Shown one piece after another: positions 46,900 through 60,560 of a stretch of DNA of 64,000 nt. The notes under the pieces were generated by a model, which did not search any database, had not been told where the DNA came from, and saw nothing but the letters and a program-made list of their open reading frames with translations. This DNA comes from Hormiphora californensis (Eukaryota > Animalia > Ctenophora). How positions within the stretch are numbered: the first letter of the stretch is position 1; each line of letters begins with the position of its first letter. Where the stretch lies: contig CM035362.1 of the NCBI GenBank assembly GCA_020137815.1, forward strand, positions 1,674,001-1,738,000, in the 5' to 3' direction. The position numbers and the translations under genes were made by a program.

Positions 46900-49234
46900 T
46901 ACAAGAATTATTACAGCAGTTAGTATATGTAATTTCAGTCGAGGCATAGAAAAAGAGAAAAGCATTACGTCAACAGATGCCCTCTGAAACTCACTTAGGA
47001 AAGGGTGTGCAGGGATTTGAAAGTGAAATATTTAGTTAATGCATTTTAATGGAAATATATATGCTTAATAGACTATCAGAATATTCATTGCTCGACAAGG
47101 AAATACTATTTACCCTTTCGATAGGTTAACAAGGCATATAATTTATTTTATTTACTTGCATATAATATTATAGTTATCTGGTATGGGGCTTAGAAACGTA
47201 AAATACGCCTGTAATTCTGCAAAATTCTCCTAACATCAATCACCTAAAGCCACTGGTTAAATGCAGGACTCTCTCAGCAACCTTTCAAATGAATCTCTCT
47301 CTTTAGGCTCCTAACAGAGACTTAGAGGGGGGTGTAAATGCTAAGTAGGGCGAGTTAGGCTTTAAATCGAGCCACCGCGGATACCGTAGTGGTAAATAAT
47401 TGCTGAGACATTTTGTCAGCTTGAGTATGTATATTCAGTGCGTATGGCATTCAGTTCGTATTATACAATCATTGTTGAATCTCTAAACTAAATCCCACAA
47501 ATCAAAACAAAATCTCTATAATTATCTATAGCTGATCTGTTTCCTATATTACAAACAGCTACCGGCCCCATGGGAAAGTATATAGAGAGACTACGAACAA
47601 CTTTCCAGTTGCATAATATAATGCAATACTCTGATTTGATTGGATCCACCACAATGAGACATCACTTGTACTCTCTTGCGCGAGAGGTCCTACGGTAACG
47701 GATGTGTTAAGAAACAAGGTATTTTCTATAATATTTTCTGCACTTCCAGCTTGATCTATACAGGGTTGGCTGGCAGATAACAATACATGACGTTATTGAT
47801 TGCAGAAGCGCTATCTGCTTCTGTTAATCTTTTTGATGAGCAAAATGAAAATGAATGGTACCAGAAGCTTTCAACCATGAAAAAGAACAATAATTAGATA
47901 AAGGCTTTGAAGAGTTACTTTTAAATTGTGCTACAATATGAATGCCAGCATATGTTGACTGCAATTACTGGCCACTAACTGCACTTATTTGAATAATTTA
48001 TTCGATAATCAACAGTGCCCCGGCCCAACGACTGGTATACAATAGCATGGAGCTTGACCAACTTTACAATTACATTAGTTGTAACTGTTCACAGTTGGGC
48101 GTTGGCGTGTCCAGGAGGTGTCACACACTTGTCGTGAACAGTGAACATACATAATATTATATGCCATATGTAATATGTCAATATTAGATGCACGTCAGCA
48201 CGTAGGTGTAAAAATAACGTTAACAATTCCAATAAACGGGTCAGTTATATTGGAATTAACTAACTGGCATTCAATATGCATTCCATTAGAGTGTAGTATT
48301 GTACATGACATACTTTCCAGCTTAAGAGAGTCTGACTTAGAACAAGTGTGCTGTAGCAACAATTAAATTCTATGCTCCCATAATAATAACACGGCTAACT
48401 CACATGTAGGACCCAAAACTACTCACCTCTATGATATCATTATAGTGCAGCACTCCACTAATTCATTATGCTGTATAGCTGATCAAAGTGAGTGTTTAAC
48501 AGCGTTTCTATTGTCTCTACTCTCTAAATGTTGTTCTGAACAATAGATAAATAATATAGCTCTACGTGTGCATTATTTAAACTTTGGAAATATAATTAAG
48601 CTGGCAAGTGAAGCAGCGAAAATATGATCAATTGTCTGAGACAGTGTCAAGCGAGTTAACCCCCACGTCGTTTAGATAAAAAATGGACTACTTATAAATA
48701 CCAAGCTTCAAAGGAACCCCCTCTTTTTAAAGTTCAATTTGAACTAGGTTTCTCATTTAGGTTGCCACTTTGAACTCTTCAAAGTGACAACCTAAATCAG
48801 AACCCTAGACATCAATGTAATTAGTATGAAACATGACAAAGAAAGGAGGGAGAGAGTGGGTTAGTCAGAGTGCGATGACAGGTCTGTACTAGTATAACAA
48901 AGCTGTTGAGCCTTATATAACAATCATACAGAGACATTTGTTGTTCGGCACAGTATAACACATATATATTAACATATTATAATATAAATATTATATGTTA
49001 CTTGTTAGCAGTAGAGTCAACTATGCTGGATGTTAAAATTAGAACCTAGTAAAGTAGTTAAAAAACCTCCCTGCATGGCACTTTTATGTAGTAGCTAATT
49101 TATTCGAAGAAGTGATACAAAATATATTTCTTAAATGATCAGAAATCGTACGACCTTTATGTGAAGCCTGGCGTGTGTATTAAAAGTTGCCTTCATCGAG
49201 AATTAATCCTTCAGTCTTCACATATCTTTATATA

Positions 49235-49390
49235 CAGTCGGACCCCGATTTAACGGCACCCTTGGGAGAAAGGGTTTTGTCCGTTAAATCGGGGTGTCCG
49301 CTAAATCGGGGTCAAATACTGTTAATTTCCTAAATCGGGGGAAGATTATCCTGCCGTTAAATCGGGGGCCGTTAAATCGGGGTCCGACTG
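49235..49390. mobile_element. MITE, CAGTCGGACCCCGATTT family
   Basis: Perfect TIRs with TA flanks. Confidence 0.9.
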
Positions 49391-50564
49391 TATTAATGAA
49401 ATCCAACTAAGTAGCAAGTAGAGTAGTAGAGTACTTGTTAGCAAATAAAAAGCTATATATCATGCTCTTCTGTACAATAAGTGGGGAACGTGGACAGAGG
49501 CAGATCAGAGGCAGAGGCAGAGAGAGAGAGACAGAGGGAGAGAGGGAGAGAGGGAGAGATAGAGAGATAGAGAGATAGAGAGATAGAGAGAGATAGATCG
49601 CCATGAACCTAAGATGAACACATTTTATGTGGGTCATCAGAGTAATGAGAATGGGCCATGAAAAACCTTTTTGTCTAGCTCTAGACGGCTCAATTAGATT
49701 TCATTTCGTCGGAATGCTATCTTGATTAATGAATGCCTTACAAAGTATTCTTCATTCTCTCTCTTCTTCCTGTATATGTCTCTCTCCTTCTATCTCCATA
49801 TCTCTTTGTTTCATTAAAAATGTGTGTGTCAGCCACAACCCCGCTCCCTCAGCCACAATACCGCTCCCTTGCAGCCACAACCCTCACTCCTTAACAATAC
49901 ACTACCACAGCTGTATAGTGGTCAAAAAGCTATTTGACCTCCCTTAGATAGGGAGCATAAATTTAAATGTGCTGTAGCGGCCTTGTATTGATATGTGATA
50001 TATAATGGTAGCTTTATTCAAAAAGCGGCAACGCCCATTACATTATTTCAATTAAGCTCAAAACTATCTGAGTAGGAGAGAAGGAGTGAAAGAGCATTTC
50101 ACTCGCCCACATCTCTAGAAAGACGTGATGGCGTGTGTGAGAGACAACGCAGGAGGGAGGCCGAGGGCACCTCTCACCCAAATACAATGGGAAGCATATA
50201 GTACATGAGCGTAAGTTAGCAATCTACATCTCATGTCTGCTAGAGCTATTGTAATTCAACATCATGGTGTGAGGTCGGAGAAGAAAGATGCGTCATATTT
50301 TTAATGAGAGGAGAAATTTTAAATGCTCACATTTTATTTAATAAAATGACGCAAAGCAAGCTTGGTGATGGTTCGGCAGTTTATATAATGTAGTTGGAAC
50401 CCGATTCACCGGACGGATTCATTTGACGGAGGGAGAGCCAACAATAATTCACCCTGCTCTGAAAACTTGTTGAGTAACAGCTGTTTTGAATATAAATGTG
50501 TAATATGACGAACTAAGGGGTGGGGATCAGAGGGCTTGTTATAGATATGCAACATGAATAAATA

Positions 50565-51672
50565 CCGCGCGGCCCAAAAAAAACTAAGGGTACGTTGGCC
50601 TTCTTTTCTCCTAGAAATTTAATTTCGATCACTCTGATATTTTGTCACAATATTTGTATGGTTACTCATTCGAGGAATCCGGAGTTTCAGCCCTCTGGAT
50701 GAAAATTCATTTTTTTCGCCCGCATGAACATTTAATGAACGCCAAAACGGGACCATATTTTGGTACCAAAGTTTTACAAATTTGTTTGGCTATCGATTTT
50801 CTTTCGAACGCGACCAGTTTGAGCTTAATTGGATCACCACAAGAATCACAGTGACCAGTTTACCTAGTATAGGTTGGGTCATGTGATCCCCATCAAATTA
50901 TGACGTGTTAGCAAGAGAACTTACATTCTAACGGATGCTGTATTGGTACACCGTCCTCATTAGCAGATGTGATACGTGATACTCGACCGTTACACCTGCT
51001 GATTGGCACTTAGTAATGACGCTAGCGGTCCAATAGGGGTCACTTGACCAGACCTAGTGTCGGAAAAGTGGCCACTGTGTCTCTTGTGGTGGTCCAATCG
51101 AGCTAAAATTAATCGCGTTTGAAAGGAAATCGTTACCCAAAGGCGACTGTGAAATTTCGGTTTGGAATACCTTTTTTGTTTTCAAGTTCATTTAGGATTC
51201 ATTCCAGTTGTAAAAATGAATTTTTAGATAGAGGGCCGAAATTCTAGCTAACATCAATATCGATCAAGTGTAATGGCCATACGAATTTTTGGCGCCTGAA
51301 TTTACCAATTTCTTGTCAAAACGGGTTAAAATCGATGTTTGGTAAAAATGACCGTTTTTTAATCATTTATTTCGCCAACTAAACTTGATTCATTTTTAAT
51401 AAAAACTCGGATTGCCATTTATTATTGTTTACTCTAATGCATGGTTGCTATTTTTAAGAATAAAATCGAATTTAACTATGAGAAAACGTGGAAAAACCCG
51501 AAAAACGAGAAATTGGGTTCATTCATGAACTTCACACTTTTATATTTTGAAACTCCGGATTCCTCGAATGAGTAACCATACAAATATTGTGACAAAATAT
51601 CAGAGTGATCGAAATTAAACTTCTGGGAGAAAAGAAGGCCAACGTACCCTTAGTTTTTTTTGGGCCGCGCGG
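50565..51672. mobile_element. Non-autonomous Tc1/mariner-like element (~125-bp TIRs, TA TSD)
   Basis: CCGCGCGGCCCAAAAAAAACTAAGGGTACG...GGAGTTTCA is mirrored at the right end. No transposase ORF. Confidence 0.9.
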
Positions 51673-51930
51673 TATACACGCATCACGCACAACTGCCCAT
51701 AATTATATGCTTTCTCATTCTCAACGATCTAGTAAAGGTCTGATCTAGTAAAGGACGGTCTGCTCGACTCGCTGAAAATTCCCAAATAGCCTTAGTATGT
51801 TTGAGCGTTAATGAAATGATTGTAAGTGGTTTGGTTTCCCTACCCTACTAAAATATAGTTCGACGCGACGCGACGCGCGATCGATGAACGATCGATAAAC
51901 GATCGATAAACGATCGATATCGATGTAATA

Positions 51931-52835
51931 GGGGGGGGTTCAACCCTAAAAATTTCCATTGATACCCACTTTTTTGGCAAATGGAAATTTTATATTGGAA
52001 ATTTTTAGAAATTTTTAGAAGTTTTTGGAAATTTTTGGAAATTTTTAGAATTTTTTGGAAATTTTTAGAAATTTTTAGAAATTTTTAGAAATTTATGGAC
52101 GATGGAAATTTTTGGAAGTTTTTAGTAAATGGAAATTTTTAGAAATTTTTAGAAATTTTTAGAAATTTTTAGAAATTTTTAGAAGTTTTTAGAAGTTTTT
52201 CGGTAACCCAATTGTAAGCTAATAATAGGTAATCTTTGCATGTTTTCGACAGTAAGTTAGTTATACAAGCTACATCCATGATCTACAGTGATCTAGCTTA
52301 AAAAAGAGTTTAAAGTTTCTATTTTGTATGCTAAGAAACCCGATCTACTACGGTATTAGGCATTCCGTCCGAAGGAATGTAAGGTATCTTGTGCTATTTG
52401 GTAAGTTACTTTTCAATAAGTTTTCGAGACGCCCTTAGTTGGCCTTAGTTGGCCAATGAATCTATGATTTCTGAAGAAATTGTACGGATTGCCAAAAAAT
52501 ATATGATCTCGATGTTTTTGACCTATTATTAAATGATTTATTGATGCTCAGTGCTCACAAGAGGTAAGGAAAAGTAACCAGTTCTGCGACAACTGTGTTT
52601 GTATATTTTCATGTTTTTGTTAGTTTTTCTTTTCTTGATCAATGGAAATTTTTGGAAATTTTTGGAAATTTTTAGAAATTTTTGGAAATTAATGGAAATT
52701 TTTGGAAATTTTTAGAAATTTTTGGAAATTTTTAGTACTAAAAACTTCTAAAAATTTCTAAAAATTTCTAAAAATTTCCATCGATACCCGGATTTTGGCA
52801 AATGGAAATGGAAATTTTTAGGTTGAACCCCCCCC
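51931..52835. mobile_element. TIR element with poly-G/poly-C termini and internal (GAAATTTTT[A/G])n decamer arrays
   Basis: GGGGGGGGTTCAACC...GGTTGAACCCCCCCC with flanking direct repeat GTAATA(G). Partial copy at ~55810-55872. Confidence 0.8.
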
Positions 52836-55800
52836 GTAATAGCACAATGGAAACAACGTAGCAACAAGGATATAATGGCACAATAAATTGTCCCGTTGTT
52901 GAAAGGCGAAAGCACTCTCTTCAACACACAGTGGGGGAGGAGGACTAACAAATACCACCTTCAAACCAGGCTGGGGAAAGGAATCTCTATGGTCCCATCC
53001 CTTAATCTCAACCATTGTGGAGACGGCCTCAAAGAAGAAGAAGTGTCAGCACAGAGCTAGAGAGTTAAAAAGAGTTTAGGCACCGCCTAAATTTATGTTC
53101 AGTAGTGCAGCTACAGTCCCACTTGTGAATGTATTGCTGTAATCGAATCTACCAAATGGTTTATATCTCTGTATCTGTGTATAGCACTGTAGAACAACTA
53201 CTACGTGATAATGGCTAACTGCCGGGCCCCCGGCAATCTACCAGCAGTACTGCACACACGTGTTACATCAAAGCTCTTTAGACCAGCTCGATCTAGTCAT
53301 GGCAGACTTAACCAGCAGTACTGACACACACGTATATCTTTAAACCAGCTCTAGTCATGGCAGCTCAGACATCAGTGGTGTTAGTTACATATTGGAGTGT
53401 CAGATACCGAGCTGCAGTTTCGTGGACTACTTTAGTACAGGGTCGGTTACTTTCATGTTTTGGAGGGTGTCCCACTATTTAGAAACGTCTTCTCCTTCAT
53501 CTATTAGGTATGTTCTAGAGAGGCATTTTAGTAGAAGAATAGGCATTATGAGGAAGATGACGCAGCTGGAAGCAATCTAACAGTATGTTATCATTATAGA
53601 TCGTATCAATGCAGTAAGATCAAGATGAGTCTGCTTTCTATTTCCGGTAGCCCATCGGAAATTAGTTTCTCCATTATATTCTCTCATCGGTCGTCTTAGT
53701 TTCTCTCTCTCTCTCTTATAGTGATACTCTATGTAATGATATTTTCTCCTCGTGCGATTCCCACAGTGGTTTCAACTCATTTTCTCACATATGTCGCACT
53801 GCAATTTCGGAATATAATTACTACACTATAGACTCATCTTCAATACATACTCATACTGATACTGAACTAGTGGCACTAATGGCAATGACCCAATACTCCA
53901 AGTTATTTAAATCAGCACCGGTCGCATGCCAGGCATGCCAGTTCACTAAAATATGATGTCATCCAATTATTCAGTAATATGCAATGTAATTGCCTATAGG
54001 CCACATATTACTAATATGACGTCACGAAAAATGTAAGAAGTTTTAGTACCCTAAAGCTACTGGCCTAGTTACAGTCAGAAGGAGGGTAATTATTAATAAA
54101 ATATACTGCTATCCATGGCAGTTCAGCAGGTGGTAATATACAGAAGGGCAGGTGGGCAGGGCCCGGTCGTTGGAACAAGGTGCGAACAATTAGCTGCCAG
54201 AGAGAAACAGAGAGAGAGAGAGAGAAACAGAGAGAGGCAGAGACAGAGAAGAAAAAAATGGCTTAAAGAGATGAAAGAATATAGTTACTAAAGTTGGATA
54301 GAGATGATAATGAATCAAAAGAGAGAGAAAGAGAGGTGCCATCTCACAGCACAGGAGGTCAGGAGATGAATATAAAATCGATCATTTCAATTTCATCTCA
54401 TTAAATACAGCACCATCCACGCGCCATCCATACGTCATGGCATCTCTCAACTCTAAAACCACCTTCAATCTGGACGATAAGTGACGCAGCGGCGGGCGGA
54501 TGATTAATTGTTATTTGGAGTATCTCTTGGTCTCGACTAGTGCGTTTCCAAAAAGGAAGATTATTATTTCTCGACTAACTTCACGGTGGATTGAAGGAAG
54601 TGTTTGCTAAATGAGCGTTGTTAGATTTCCGCCTTTGCTAGTTAGGGGACTTGGTTTATTTTTCAGCCAGGCCAAACTTGATCCCCCCTTGGTAAAGCTA
54701 TAAACAAAGATAAAGCTAGGTATATAACAAGTCAAAGTATATAACAGCTCCCAGCGAGACAAATGTCAGACTTGTCACGATACTACATGACTGTTTCTTC
54801 GCACACACACAGTTCAGAGAAGGCAGTCTTTTGTAAGACAATGTGTCAGACAGGCCGAGAAACCTAATGAGCCAAGAAGGTGCTAGGAAGTGTTAATTGT
54901 TGTACTGTTTATAGTGTTGTACTGTTTATAGTGCAAGTAGTAAACAGAGCTTATCCTGCAGTGGACAGTGGACAATAAACACTATAATATCTCTATTGAC
55001 TATCGATTATCGAGGACAAAGAGCACAAACATTCACATCAAAAGCTCACATTATTTCTATCCCAAAGATTACCTCTTGAAATCACTATATAGCATCGCGG
55101 TAATATACCGTGGTTATATGCATTATAACTCTTTAGGTTGAATAATGAATATGCGTATTATAAGCCGCAGCTCAGCCTACGTAGAGATGGTAGAATGTAT
55201 CGCAGGTGCTATATTTTATACGTAAGCAGGGATCTTCAGTCTTCCACTCTTAGGCATCAAGTAAAAAACAGCTGCTCTCACTAGTACTAGTCGTTAGATA
55301 TTAACACCATCGAAGAGCAGCTGTCTAATTTTTTTCTCGAGGAGACGAAGGCTTGTCTATAATAAACTTTAGACTTAACACAAGGCTTTTAAACGAATAG
55401 AAAATAAAACGGAGAATTAGAATCGGGAGCGATGAACCGAGGAATGTTCAAAGTAGAAACAGAGCTAGAGGGGTATTAAGAAATTTGATATACAGAAGGG
55501 TCAAGATACACGTTATTCTAGCCCATCTCAAATCTAATCTAATTCGATACACTACTGTATCGTAGCTACCACAAGTACAAGACTTCTGCACTGGGGTAGA
55601 CTCCTGTCCTACATAAATCTAATATACCTATTCGATACACATCACGAGAAGAAACCTACAGTCGGACCCCGATTTACCGGGAGGATATCCTTCCCCCGAT
55701 ATAGAAAATGCAGGGTATGTACCTATATTGTATAATGTATCACCTCAATAGACTTTTGATAAGGGCATGTACTCTGTAGTCTAATAGAGTTGGACCCCGA

Positions 55801-58800
55801 TTCGGGTCCCCGAAAACTTCTATCGATACCCCGATTTTGGCAAATCGAAATTTTTAGGCTAACCCCCCCCCCCATCATTCGTATGACGCTCTATAATGAA
55901 GCAAAATACATCAATGACAAACAATGATATTTTGATTTGTTTATAAATATAATGAAAGGTACCGATAAGCATATATGCGTTCGTGTTATCAGCACCTTTT
56001 CCCCAAGCTGTAGCACTATATTATATGCAAGAAATACCAAACAATATTGAAACCTATATAGATCTCTCAATAATTGGCTGCAATTCTGGACACTCTAAAC
56101 ACTGCATCTTGACTCAAGATTCTTGAGCTCTTTTATCCAGGAACTTCAAGTTAACAGCTGCCATTGAAGCCATGGGAACAGCAAACATCATCTTTTTATA
56201 GTGGTATAATAGCACACGTGGGCAAGAACGGCAAGGAGTTGAAGGAGAGAGGGAGAGTAATAGTTGGACAGATAGAGAGGCAATAAAATGTAGTGAATGA
56301 AATATTGAAATTTATCCAAAAATAATATTCAATGACATAAGAGTTATTGGTTTTTCTTTTATGTCACTAATCGAAGTTGGAACATCATACATTATTGGAA
56401 CAGTGAACAGTAACAGATCGCAACAGCGAACAGTAACATCAAGAAGTCAAGGTATAGTTTAATTCAATCAGTGTGATCACACGAGAGTGGTGGTTCGTTG
56501 ATTAAGTACCTAACTTGGATAGCCTTCTTGATCGCTATATAATGATCTCTCTCGACTCACTCACTATGAAGTTATTATAATCAAGAAGTTATCATGAAGA
56601 TACATATACTACGACATAATGACATATTACAATTTACAAATTGAAAATAACGTTATAATGTGGGTACTGCACATGTGGCCATAGGGAAAGCAGAGTACAG
56701 ACGTGGCTGCAAGTTCAGTTTCCCCGTGACTGTTTCTGACATTGAGAAAAGCATAGAGTATTGTTCAAAGAAGAATAAAAATAAATATAGGAGCACTGAT
56801 ATATCTTTGACCTTTGTGGTGGAATGACCGATAAATCAGAATATATTTACTGCACACCATCTCGTGCAATAGACCCTGTGTGTGCGGGTAGAAGAGCCAC
56901 ATTAAACACTGGCCCGGGCCTGGTATAGGGAATGTTGTGCTCCTGTTTGCGTGGCCGTTATTATTGGGAGCTCCCCTCACACAAGGGCTACGCAGCCAAG
57001 GCATTCCTCAACACTCTTTCATGTTGAGTAACAAGTCATGCGAACACACTTATCAAAATTTATTCATGAATATATCTCCCAAACAGCTTATCAAGATAGG
57101 ATAGCTTGCTTTGTAGGAACATCTAGAGGGTCGTGGCGTGCCTAAGAAACTATCTCCATATAGATCACAATCGCATCAGTACTCTAGAGAGCCTCTCTCT
57201 CTCTCTGGTAACTTTCCCATGGGACCGATGGAACAATTCACATGGTCTGACTCTATGTGTGAACTTCAATAACAAGGAGGGACCATGATTATATGAGCTT
57301 ATTATAAGTGCTAAACAAATGTACGAATTGTCGTCTGACTTTTCAAAGTTAAAATCCTCTTCTGGCCGCAGTTCAAGTTATTATAAAACGAGCGACAATT
57401 AGACTGGATTTTGAATCCAGCATTCGTAGTTGATCGTAGACTAGACTAAAGCCAATATATTATGTTCTAGGCCAATCTTACGATGAGCGGATGTGGCAAA
57501 AACTATCGCCTATGTAAAGTTGTAAAGGGTATATTTATATTCTTTTGTGCAAACTTGGGGCGTGGTGATCAGAGAGGATCGAGCAAGGCAAGGGCGGATA
57601 CAAATCTCTATCTTCTGCACCCCTCTTAACACCCCCCCCCCCCCCCCCCCCGACGAGCGTTACAAAATCTCCTAACGTCAGAAAAATATTCGTATGCAAA
57701 GATGCGTCAATCACAAATATAATGGATAATGGAAATTTGTGTCACGTGATCGTAGATGATGTGCACAGCTTGGTTCATCAGGAGTCTCCCAACTTGAACC
57801 TGGTGTCAGTTTCCAATTTGTAACTGGAGGCTTACAGTAAGAAGACGGATTATATATGGACCAATCGCGTGACTGAATCACGCGATTCCATTGAAATTAT
57901 ATATGTGCTTTAAGTATAAAATCTGAAACCAGTTGAATGATATAGGGCTACAAGAAGACTCCACAAACAATGCATGTAAAATAGGAAAATAATGCATTAT
58001 GCAAGTACCTTCGATTTCTAGGGAAGGTCTCTTCTATAAAATGAGACTTTATTACAAGCAAGTATGTAATTAGATATGTTTGAGCCTTGAGCCTATTATA
58101 TGTATTCCCCCAGTCTCCCATCACCACTTGCATAATACACATAATGAACACATACATTAACATGTAAAGCTATATAAACTGTAAATGATCCTACTTCTTT
58201 AGTATACTTTTACTTAGATCTGCGGGGAGTTGACCCGTTAAGGCGGGAGTTTGGCATGGATCTAAAATGATCTACTAATGGATCACGAACCGAAACAATT
58301 TGCTTTCATAAAACTATATCCCAAAGATTGCATCTTGGGATCAATAGGGCAAGATTAAGAGAACAATAAAGATAAAAGTGAGGTAGAGACTTCCCTCTAT
58401 TGTTATAGGCAAGGGAATGAAGACCCTCCTCATTAATTATTTCTCATATATTATGTGTGCCCCATTAATCAGGAGGGCAAGAACCAATTAATCTTCTATC
58501 TCTCTCTCTCATATCCCGTTGATATTACATGAGCTAGAATAATTATATATATTATATGGACTCAACTGCATATATATATAAATATGAAAAGGGGGAAGGG
58601 CAAGCTCGCCGTGTATAATAATATGTGAATCATTCATCGATGAGAATAAAAGAAACAGCTTTTATAGTTTACACAAAAATATTTTGAAAACAGGTAAGTA
58701 AGTGATTGTGTCATGTATAAAAAGTCCAAATTCTATAAATTAACTCTGCTCTTGATGGTCAAGTTGTTGCTCCGGTGGGTGGTCTACTTGACAGGGCAGG

Positions 58801-59185
58801 AAATGGACCGAGATAACGCAGGGCATCCTATAGTAATTATTATGCAGTTCATAAGAATATAAATATCATAATTTATCAGTTTAGTCTACCACATGGGATA
58901 ATGTGCGTCAGACCGTAACGCTTTAACTGGTCATCTTGTCACCCCGGTCAGACCGGGCCGGCCTAGAGAGTTGTTGAGTAAGGGGTTACTCATCAAGTCT
59001 AGAGATCTGCTTCTTAAGGATTCCTCTCTAAGCAGTTAGAGGGTTGATTATGATGACTCCTCTATTATCCGCTGAGTTATCAAACGTTTGAGGTTCTTTG
59101 TAACACATCTGTAATAGAGTGGTGTGTTGAAAATTAATGTCTGACCCTTCTAATACGAAGATAGTTGCTCAGTAATCATGTAATA

Positions 59186-60029
59186 CAGTCGGACCCCGAT
59201 TTAGGGGCCCCCGATTTAGTGGCACCCCGATTTAGGGACAGGATTTTTTTTCCCCAAAAATTTTTTGTGAAATTTTTTTGAAAATTTTTCAAAAAGATAC
59301 CAGCCACGTCCGAATCGTGTTTCGAATCAGTGAATCTTATCGCATGTCCTGCTGCTAATCAGACGGTTCGGAACCAACCGATACGTGATCCCCATGGGGC
59401 CATTGAATAACAAGTTCACCAAGCGTCAAAATTTCGATTCGATGGGGATCACGTTTCGATTCGTTCCGAACCGTCTAATTAGCAGCAGGACATGCGATAA
59501 GATGCACCGATTCGAAACACGATTCGGACGTGGCTGGTATACCTTTAAAAAAATTTAAAACTTTTTTGCAAAATTTTACAGTACGATTCTCAATGCTTTG
59601 ATCGGTGCTCCCCATAAATTTTGAGAGAAAAAGTTATTTTGAAATTTTGATACTTTCTCACCCGCCCCGATTCGGCATGGTATCACGTATCGGTTCGTTT
59701 CGAATCCGCTAATTAGACAGGACATCCAGTAAGCTGCACCGATTCGAAACACAAATCGGCCGGGCTGGTATAACTTAGAAAAATTTTCAAATTTTTTTGA
59801 AAAAAAAACTATTTTATATTTTTCTATTTCTAATCAGAAATGATGATGTCATCAATACATGAATATTGCAGATAACAGTTAGAGGTGTCTTTAGTCTTAA
59901 TAATATAGCATTTTGGGCATAAAATAGGTTTTTATGGGCCAAATATGGCTCACCCCGATTTAGTGGACACCCCGATTTAGTGGACAAGACCCTTTCCCCC
60001 GAGGGTGTCCCTAAATCGGGGTCCGACTG
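59186..60029. mobile_element. Long (844 bp) member of the CAGTCGGACCCCGATTT MITE family
   Basis: Same TIRs and TA flanks. Internal hairpin modules at ~59299-59538. Confidence 0.9.
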
Positions 60030-60560
60030 TATTTTCTCAAAATTACCCAAAAGTCAATCCCATGATCGGTACCCCGATTTTGGAGGATGGACTTTTAATC
60101 GTAACTTTTACAACCTTTTGTTAAAAGGCGTATAAACAATTTTCATTGAACTTTGGTACCCTGATTTCTTCGCCTCATCCCGCACACGTCAAAGACACTG
60201 CTGCGAGAGATAACTAATGGCTGCAGTCGCTGCACTACAATAAACCTAGTCAGAATTTGTTGATCCCTTACTCAACAAGTCAGAATAAACTAACTGCTTA
60301 TTTAACTTATTCGAGACTACTAAACAGTACCACCAGTACATATAACTTAAACTACTTAAACTACTTCAAATATGTGGTTTAAGTTGTCAGTATAAATAGT
60401 TATAAGTAGAACGGATTTCTAAACGGTTCGCAAGGTTCAGCTGCAGCTCTTAAAGATAAGTCTCGAGCTTTATGGTTACTCTTGATAGAATTGTAAAAGC
60501 GAACGTGTTGTGACAGTTTCAGCTGTATAACCGGATAACCGGATAGTGGATATCTAAATT

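Noticed and set aside
46900-59180. Protein-coding genes in the long interval (e.g. coding-like patches at 47560-47900 and 56880-57100)
   Set aside because: Short, stop-interrupted, with no recognisable domains or consistent exon chain.
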